Below are positions 55,880 through 64,000 of a stretch of 64,000 nt of DNA, piece by piece. Positions within the stretch are counted from its first letter, which is position 1; the number at the start of each line of letters is the position of its first letter. The DNA is from an uncultured bacterium (GTDB lineage Bacteria; Acidobacteriota; Thermoanaerobaculia; Multivoradales; JAHZIX01). The position numbers and the translations under genes are program-made. A model generated the notes under the pieces. That model saw only the letters and a program-made list of their open reading frames with translations. It was not told the origin of the DNA and did not search any database. The stretch is from contig CBDUPA010000004.1 in the NCBI GenBank assembly GCA_965368975.1, positions 128,001 to 192,000 on the forward strand, in the 5' to 3' direction.

Positions 55880-55916
55880 TAAGATAGTTGTAACTAGGCT
55901 AACCGTAACTATCTTA
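55880..55916. repeat. AT-rich 10-bp inverted repeat between convergent genes
   Basis: TAAGATAGTT (55880-55889), 17 nt, AACTATCTTA (55907-55916). Confidence 0.75.
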
Positions 55917-55929
55917 TTTCCCCTGCGGG

Positions 55930-56778
55930 TCAGCTCAGCCGCCCAGACCCCGCGTAGACGTTGCAGCGACGCTCGCGCAGGAACCCGACCAGGGTGATCC
56001 CCAGCTCACGCGCCATCGACACGGCGGCAGTGCTCGGGGCCGAGACGGCGCAGACGACCGGAATGCCGGCCGCGCCCGCCTTCTGCAGCAACTCGTAGCT
56101 GGCACGGCCGCTGAGCAGCAGGATATGCCCGGAGAGTGGCAGCTTGCCTTCGCGCAACGCCCAGCCGACGAGCTTGTCGAGCGCGTTGTGCCGCCCGACA
56201 TCCTCGCGCACCTGGACGAGTTCAGCCTTCCGAGACGGGACGCGCCCCGGTCCCAGGACGCGAAACAGCGCCGCCGCGTGCAGGCCACCCGTCTTGCGGA
56301 ACAGTCCCTGGGCCTTCTTCAGCCGTTCGGGTAGCGAGTACAGCAGTTCGGGCGTCACGCGTGGACCCTCGGCGATCTTCGGATGGTGCCCCCGGATCAG
56401 CTGCTCGAGTCCCGCTTTGCCACACAGACCGCAGGCGCTGGAGACGAAGACGTTGCGCGCCAGTGGTGAGAGGTCCGGCTGCAGGCCCTTCCGCAAGACC
56501 ACGCGCACGCGCTCTTCTTGCTGCATCCCCGGTGGGGCCGGTTCGTGCCCGACCGCCGTCACGTCCGTGGCTTCGTGGATCACGCCCTCGGCGTACAGGA
56601 AGCCCAGAGCCAGTTCGTCATCCGCTCCCGGTGTACGCATGGTGACAGCCGCCGGCTGAACACCTTGCTCGGTCACCAGGCGGATCTCCAGCGGCGCCTC
56701 GACCACCAGCGTGTCCGGCAGCTCTTGGGCGTGCCCGCCGTCGAGGATGTGGACGTCGATGTCGAGGGTGCTACTCAT
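55930..56778 (-). CDS. fdhD: Formate dehydrogenase accessory sulfurtransferase
   Basis: TMRTPG, SSACGLCG, TGGLHAA, REDVGRHNALDK, SAPS. Confidence 0.96.
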   Translation of the reverse strand: MSSTLDIDVHILDGGHAQELPDTLVVEAPLEIRLVTEQGVQPAAVTMRTPGADDELALGFLYAEGVIHEATDVTAVGHEPAPPGMQQEERVRVVLRKGLQPDLSPLARNVFVSSACGLCGKAGLEQLIRGHHPKIAEGPRVTPELLYSLPERLKKAQGLFRKTGGLHAAALFRVLGPGRVPSRKAELVQVREDVGRHNALDKLVGWALREGKLPLSGHILLLSGRASYELLQKAGAAGIPVVCAVSAPSTAAVSMARELGITLVGFLRERRCNVYAGSGRLS

Positions 56779-56793
56779 GAAGTCTCCGGGCGA

Positions 56794-57984
56794 TCAATAC
56801 AGGTCGAACAACAAGATGCGCGCTTCCAGCGGGCCGTTGCGCACTGGGATACGCCGCGCAGGCTTGAGGCCGATGTGCTTGCCGCGGTCTTCGCCGCCAG
56901 CCAGCACGACGGCCTTCCAGCCCTTGTAGCGCTGTTTCAGCATGTCCCCCAGCTGGCGCCACTGCGCCCTCGTGGCTTGGAGCCGTTCGCCGTACGCAGG
57001 GTTGATGAGCACCAGTCCGGTTGCCGCCCCAGAGTCTCCTTCCGGAGGCTCGCCTTCCGGGGGGACATAGTTGAAGGCACTGTGGTGCAGCAGTTGGGTG
57101 CGGTCGTGGAGGCCGGCGGCTTGTAGATTCCTGCGCGCGGCACCGAGGGTGGTGCGATCGGTGTCAACGCCGTAGAGCTGGACGTCTGGGCCGGGGGCGG
57201 GCAGGGGTTCGGCTTGCAGCTCGCGAAAGGCGCTGGCGTCGTACGTCGGCAGCTTTTGGAACGCCCAGCCGGGCTGCCCTCGAGCTCCGCGCAGGCAGCC
57301 GGGTGGACGACCGAGGGCGTACCAGGCAGCTTCGATCAGCAGGGTGCCAGAGCCGCACATCGGGTCGACGACCGGGCCGGTGCCGTCCCAGCCCGAGGCC
57401 AGGACGCAGGCGGCGGCGAGGTTTTCTCGCACCGGCGCCTCGGTGGTCTGCAGGCGGTAGCCGCGACGGTCGAGGGGGTCGCCGGATGTGTCGAGCAGCA
57501 GGGTGGCCTGGTCCTGGTGGAGCCAGACGCGCAGGGCGACGTCTGGATCTTGGCGCTCGACGGAGGCGCGTTCACCGAAGCGGTCGCGCTGGCCATCGAC
57601 CAGGCCGTCTTTGACGCGCAACGCGATCCAGCGGGTGTCGTGCAGGCGTGAAGCGCTGGAGGTGGCGCGCACGGCGAAGGTGCGGCCGGGGTGCAGCAGG
57701 TCGGTAGATGCCAGGCCGTGCCAATGGCGCAGGCTGCGCGTCAGCTTGCGGGCACCGGCGGTCAGGGCATCGGCATCCCCGGCGGGCCATTCAGCCAGCC
57801 GTACGAGCACACGGTTGGCCGTGCGTAGGCACCAATTGGCGCGCCAGACGTCGCTCCAATCGCGGCCGCTGAAGGTGACGGCGCCGCGCTGGGTCGCGAC
57901 GTCAGGTACCCCCAAGGTGGTGAGTTCCGCGCTGAGGAATTCTTCCAGTCCGAGGGCGCAGGTGGCGACGAGGTGCAGGCTCAT
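56794..57984 (-). CDS. THUMP-domain RNA methyltransferase (RlmL-like)
   Basis: TCALGLE, DTSGDPLDRRGYR, APVRENLAA, DPMCGSGT, NPAYGER. Confidence 0.92.
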   Translation of the reverse strand: MSLHLVATCALGLEEFLSAELTTLGVPDVATQRGAVTFSGRDWSDVWRANWCLRTANRVLVRLAEWPAGDADALTAGARKLTRSLRHWHGLASTDLLHPGRTFAVRATSSASRLHDTRWIALRVKDGLVDGQRDRFGERASVERQDPDVALRVWLHQDQATLLLDTSGDPLDRRGYRLQTTEAPVRENLAAACVLASGWDGTGPVVDPMCGSGTLLIEAAWYALGRPPGCLRGARGQPGWAFQKLPTYDASAFRELQAEPLPAPGPDVQLYGVDTDRTTLGAARRNLQAAGLHDRTQLLHHSAFNYVPPEGEPPEGDSGAATGLVLINPAYGERLQATRAQWRQLGDMLKQRYKGWKAVVLAGGEDRGKHIGLKPARRIPVRNGPLEARILLFDLY

Positions 57985-58022
57985 TCTGTGAGCCTACCCC
58001 ATCGTCGCTCCAGAAACCGATC

Positions 58023-58619
58023 TCAGAAGCCTACATAGCTCGGCGGCTCGACACCGTTGAGACGCAGGTAGACGATCGCCTGTGCGCGGTGGCTGGTGGT
58101 GTGGTCGCGCAGCAACAGTACCGTGCGCAGGCGCGGGGCCATGCTCTCGTCGAACAGCTGGACCTGCTCGTGCAACTGCTCGTGGGTCAGGTTGGCGAGC
58201 GCGGCGGCGGAGTAGTCGAAGGCGCCTTCGATGTACTTCAGGATCTGCTCTTTGGTCAGCTCCGTATTGCTCAGCTCTTCCTGGCTGGGGATCTCGCCGT
58301 CCGCGCCCAGGAAGTTGTTGGAGAAGAAGTAGGCGGCGCCCGCGATGTGCATCATCTGGGCCGCGAAGGTCATCTGCTCCTCGGTGGGCTTGTAGCCGTA
58401 CTTGTCAGCGGGCATGCGGTTGGCGACGTCGAGCGTGTAGGCCTTGGTGCGTTCCCAGACGCCAAGGAAGTCCTCGATGACCATTGGCTTGCCGTCATGG
58501 GAGTGGGCATGGCCGTGCTCGGCTTCGCCTTCGCCACCAGCGTTGTGGTGGTCGGCGGCGGCGGGGATCGAGACGGCGAGTAGTGCACAGGTCAGCAGTG
58601 CAAACGTGGTTCGCAGCAT
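58023..58619 (-). CDS. Exported DinB-family protein
   Basis: Signal peptide, His-rich linker, MPADKYGYKPT, MHIA, DHTTSHRAQAIVYLRLNG. Confidence 0.9.
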   Translation of the reverse strand: MLRTTFALLTCALLAVSIPAAADHHNAGGEGEAEHGHAHSHDGKPMVIEDFLGVWERTKAYTLDVANRMPADKYGYKPTEEQMTFAAQMMHIAGAAYFFSNNFLGADGEIPSQEELSNTELTKEQILKYIEGAFDYSAAALANLTHEQLHEQVQLFDESMAPRLRTVLLLRDHTTSHRAQAIVYLRLNGVEPPSYVGF

Positions 58620-58833
58620 GGAGATTCTCCTTGGCGTGTCTTGAATGGGTTGGGAAAACCGCGCTCTGTCGAGAGCACGTGGAGTTGTCGTGAACGTTTC
58701 GATACGGAGCGCGTCCGCGGAAGTTGCCGTGGATCACAGCGGCCTCAGCCTATCACCGGCCCCGCTGAACGGCTGGATCTGCTGGTCCATGTCTGGCGTC
58801 TGGCTGCCGGCCCTGGTAGGCTGCGCTTCCGAC

Positions 58834-60468
58834 ATGGGTCGATTCCGACGCCGCGCGCGCTCCTTGTTGTTGGTCCTGGGCCTGCTTCTGTTCCTCGCCT
58901 TCGTGGTGAGTGCGGGGTTGTGGTCGGCGCGTCCGGCGCTGCCGCCGCAGGCGGACCTGCTGTTGATTACGGTCGACACCCTGCGCGCGGATCACCTCGG
59001 GATCTATGGCTACGAAGGCGCGCGGACGCCACGCCTGGATGCGCTGGGCGAGGACGGTACCGTCTTCCTGCAGGCAATGACGCCCTTCCCGCGCACGACG
59101 CCCGGACTGGCGTCTCTGCTCACCGGGCTGTGGCCGGTGCACCACGGCTCGCGCGAGGTGGCGCAGCCGATGGCCGCCGATGTCGCGACGCTGGCCGAGG
59201 TGCTGCGCCGGCACGGCTACCGAACGCTCGGCGTCAGTGCCAACGGCGCGGCCAGCCCGCACCAGGGCTTGGACCGTGGCTTCGACCACTTTCTCGACTA
59301 CCGGGACTTGAGGCCGCCGGTCGCAGAGTACGTGACGGACCGCACACTACAGATGGTGCGCGAGCAGGCCGGGGGAGAGCCCGCAGATGCAGATCCACCG
59401 CTCTTCCTGTGGGTGCACTACATCGATCCGCACTTCCCCTACGCTCCGCCAGCCACCTGGGCCGATCAGCCCGAGGCACCGGGCTGCCGCGCGTTGATCC
59501 AGGAGACGCTGGCCGATGCCTGGCGCATTGCCGAGGTACAACGCGACCACGAGGGCATGTCGACTGCCGTCCTCGACGAGTGCATAGCCCTCTACGACGC
59601 CGAGATCGCCTACACCGATGCCGAGATTGGACGCCTGCTCGATGGCTTGCGCGAGATGCGCGCCGGCCGGCCGGCGCTGCGCGTCTTTACCGCCGATCAC
59701 GGCGAGAACCTGGGCGAAGCCGGATTGTTCTTCGAGCACGGGCCGAGCATCCACGACGCCGGCCTGCAGGTGCCGCTGATCATCAGTGGCCCGGGTCTGC
59801 CGCGAGGTCGCGTCGATGAGCGCACTATCCGGCTCGAAGATCTGATGCCCACGGTGCTACGACTGCTGGATGTCGAGCAAGGCGACTGGCCGGACATGGA
59901 CGGACTCGACCTGTCGAACCGTCTACATGGTTGGTCTTGGATTGCCGACCGCACGCCCGAACCCGAGCTGTTCGCCGAGAGCGGAAGCTCGCTGCTGCCC
60001 AACACCTTCAAGTGGGTGTTCACCGGGCGTGCCCACGATCTGCACTGCTTCAACGCTCCACGCTTTTCCCTGTGCGGCAAGCGCGGCGAGACGCCGAAGC
60101 TCTACGATCACGAAGCGGATCCGGCGCTGCAGGCAGACGTCAGTGCTGACTATCCAGAGATCTACCAGGCCATGGTGGCGGCGCGTGACAGCTGGCAGCC
60201 GGAGCAGGTGCGTGAACGGGCGCTGCGCACCCACGACTTCAAGTTGGTCGAGCATCCGCGGCTACGCGGCGGCTATCACCAGTCGCTCTATCTGCCAGCC
60301 GAGGATGCGAGCGAGACGCGCGACGTCAAGCACGCGTATCCGGACGTGCTGCGCGAGCTGCGCCCGCGCCTGCAGCGGTGGACCGAGGCGCTACCCACCG
60401 CGGCGCCATCGGGTGAGCGTAGCCAGGAGCAGATCGAAGCGCTGCGTGCGCTCGGTTACATTCAGTGA
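58834..60468 (+). CDS. Sulfatase-like membrane-anchored protein, Thr at nucleophile position
   Basis: TM anchor, ITVDTLRADH, RTTPGLASLLTG, WVHYIDPHFPY, TADHGE, C-terminal LRALGYIQ. Confidence 0.88.
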   Translation: MGRFRRRARSLLLVLGLLLFLAFVVSAGLWSARPALPPQADLLLITVDTLRADHLGIYGYEGARTPRLDALGEDGTVFLQAMTPFPRTTPGLASLLTGLWPVHHGSREVAQPMAADVATLAEVLRRHGYRTLGVSANGAASPHQGLDRGFDHFLDYRDLRPPVAEYVTDRTLQMVREQAGGEPADADPPLFLWVHYIDPHFPYAPPATWADQPEAPGCRALIQETLADAWRIAEVQRDHEGMSTAVLDECIALYDAEIAYTDAEIGRLLDGLREMRAGRPALRVFTADHGENLGEAGLFFEHGPSIHDAGLQVPLIISGPGLPRGRVDERTIRLEDLMPTVLRLLDVEQGDWPDMDGLDLSNRLHGWSWIADRTPEPELFAESGSSLLPNTFKWVFTGRAHDLHCFNAPRFSLCGKRGETPKLYDHEADPALQADVSADYPEIYQAMVAARDSWQPEQVRERALRTHDFKLVEHPRLRGGYHQSLYLPAEDASETRDVKHAYPDVLRELRPRLQRWTEALPTAAPSGERSQEQIEALRALGYIQ

Positions 60469-60498
60469 GTGCGGTAAAAAATCTGGAACCGAACGGCC

Positions 60499-61922
<1,424 letters not shown>

Positions 61923-61926
<4 letters not shown>

Positions 61927-63764
61927 TGCTCAGTCCCCCCCGGGAAGTCAGCTGGGAGTCGTGGTGGCTGGGTGCCGTGCGACGTCTGGTAATCCTCAGG
62001 TGTGCGAGTTCCTGTCCCTGGTTCGGTCTCGGGCGCTATCGGGTCCACTCTGAGCCGCTGTGGCGGCAGGCTGCGTACCTGTGTTTCCGGTGGTAACTCG
62101 ACAGTGATCGTGGTTCCATGGCCGGGCCGGCTGCGCGAGTGTAGCCGGCCGCCGTGCTCGGTGACGATGCGGTAGACGATCGCCATGCCAATTCCCAGGC
62201 CGTCGCCGAACAGCGAGTGGAAGGGGTCGAACAGCTGTTCCAGCTCTTCCTCGGTCATGCCGCAGCCAGTGTCGGAGATACTCAGAAAATAGCCCTCGAA
62301 CCCCCGGTCGCGGCCGATGACGCGCAGAATACCGCCATCGGGCATGGCCTTGAGGGCGTTGCGCACCAGATTCCAGAATACCTGGCTGATCTGGTCGGGG
62401 TCAGCGAAGGCCTCGGCAGATGCGACGTCCAGGTCGAGTTCGAGCTGGTGCTTTGGGGAGACCTCGGGGCTGTGGCTCAGCAGCTCGAAGTGCTCGGTGA
62501 TCATGGTGGCGATGTCGAAGCGCTCCGGTGAGCGTTCACGTGGACGGGCGAACTTGAGGAAGCTCTTGACGGTGCGATCGAGCCGCTGACTCTCTTTGTG
62601 AATCAGGCCGACCAGGCGGCGGTTGTCGGCGGCAACGCTCTCCGGCAGCATGTGCGTCAGCATCTGGGCCGAGCCGGAAATCGCCGCCAGCGGGTTGCCC
62701 AACTCGTGTGCCAGCCCGGCTGCCAACTGTCCTACGGCGGCCATGCGGTCGCGCACGTTGAGCTCACGCTCGAGTGCCCGGGTGTCGGTGAAGTCTTGGA
62801 ATACAATAATGAACCCGGTTTGTGTACCGGTGGCGTCGTTGAGGGGTGAAACGGAGTAGCCGACAAACGCCTCTCGGTCGCCGAAGTCGAGTTGCACTTC
62901 CTTGCGTTCGCCTGGCGGAGAGCCGCCGTCATGCACGATCTGCTGCCACTCCGGTTCGCCAAACAAGCCTGTCTGGACGATCGATTCTCCGATCAACTCG
63001 CCAGCCTCGACGTGCAGAATCTGCTGGCCGGCGTGGTTGATGCTGGTCATGAAGCCGTATCCGTCGGTCGTGATCAAGCCGCTGCCGATCGATTGCACGA
63101 CGTCGTGGTACTCGACCTCCAGATCGGCGAAGCGTTCCTTCTGGCTCACCAGGGCAGCCTCGGTGGCGCGTCCGCGCCGTGCCAGCTGCGAGCCGAGCGC
63201 GGCAGCAGCGTAGAAGCCGAAGAGAGCGATCACCAGGTTGTAGACCAGACGTGTGTTCTGTTCTTCGGTGGCCGCTCCTTCCAGGCCCCCATGCAGTACC
63301 AGCAGGATGGTGGCGTAGATGGCGAGCGCGGCGGTCGCGAAAGTGGTGCCGACGCGACGCGGTCCGAGGTGCAGTGCCGCCAGCACCACGATCAGCGGGT
63401 AGAGCGCCGAGAACGGGCTCTCGATGCCGCCGTAGGTGACGATCAGGGCACCTGTGAGCAGCAAGTCGACGCTCAGCTGTACGTAGGCCTGCGTCTTGAT
63501 GTGGCCTGGGAAGCGCTGCAGCAGCCAGCTGTAGACGACGCTCAAGATGCTGGTCGACAGCAGGACGAAGATCACCTTCGTCCACCCCTGCTCGTCGAAG
63601 ATCGCGGTCAGTTCTTCGCCGATACCGACTCCACCGCTACCGCCGCGCAGGTTGGCGACCAGCTGCACCATCACCCAGGTGAAAGTGACCAGGAGGACCA
63701 TCAACACGCGCACCCGGATCAACATCCCCAGCTGCCGCTCCAGCGGCGGCGCCAGGGTCTGCAT
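61923..63764 (-). CDS. pilS: Sensor histidine kinase (PilS-like)
   Basis: Multi-TM N-terminus with GGIESPFSALY, PAS, AHELGNPL, WNLVRNA, DTGCG. Confidence 0.88.
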
Positions 63765-63822
63765 CGTGCGCGTTGTCAGTTCTTCAGGCTTGGTCAGCGC
63801 TCTTCCGTCCCGCCTCGTCAGG

Positions 63823-64000
63823 TCAGCCGATCTGGGTCAGGATCGAGTAGAGCGGCAGGTACATGGCAGTCACGACGACGCCGATGATGCCGCCGAGAAC
63901 GACGATCATGAGCGGCTCGATCAGCTTCATCAGGCCGGCCACTGCCGTGTCGACTTCTTCTTCGTAGAAGTCGGCGATCTTGGACAGCATCTGGTCGAGG
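63823..64000 (-). CDS. pilC: PilC/GspF platform protein, C-terminal end (truncated by window edge)
   Basis: Read manually: LDQMLSKIADFYEEEVDTAVAGLMKLIEPLMIVVLGGIIGVVVTAMYLPLYSILTQIG-stop. Confidence 0.93.
   Translation of the reverse strand, partial: LDQMLSKIADFYEEEVDTAVAGLMKLIEPLMIVVLGGIIGVVVTAMYLPLYSILTQIG

Noticed and set aside
55880-55916. dif site, attC site or NrtR operator
   Set aside because: No XerD-arm match, no RYYYAAC/GTTRRRY ends, and the spacing does not fit a GT-N7-AC operator.

Overview
GC-rich bacterial chromosomal window of about 53 genes. It probably comes from Acidobacteriota (Thermoanaerobaculia-like); this is an inference from the gene repertoire and a characteristic C-terminal domain on a secreted protease. 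I saw no rRNA, tRNA, CRISPR array, integrase or transposase. Left to right: a CzcBA-like metal RND pump; two paralogous XRE regulators; an orphan type II thioesterase plus Sfp-type PPTase; a small winged-helix operon; a Thr-type sulfatase-like lipoprotein with a TMTC-like TPR glycosyltransferase; pilD, an orphan histidine kinase and a sigma-54-type minor pilin/PilY1 cassette; prfB with its programmed +1 frameshift; lnt, SPOR, PP2C and a glycan cluster; a methyltransferase remnant ending in a 16-bp tandem repeat; a NadQ/NrtR-like regulator and mnmA; a Lys-C-like protease; Mec + MoeZ; two PQQ-like propellers; a 1017-aa unknown protein followed by a three-adaptor MacAB-like exporter; a very acidic mini-protein behind polX; pduO-like, GT2, fdhD, rlmL-like and DinB genes; a second Thr-type sulfatase-like gene; and pilR-pilS-pilC. 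Main patterns beyond annotation: (i) at least 11 genes have a TAnnnT box 6-8 nt before the start codon, suggesting widespread leaderless transcripts; (ii) a possible enhancer-IHF-sigma54 promoter lies partly inside the 3' end of the kinase gene; (iii) the triple-adaptor exporter with a possible unknown cargo; (iv) a possible pilus/surface glycan-modification system. All calls come from motif reading by eye; no database search was run.
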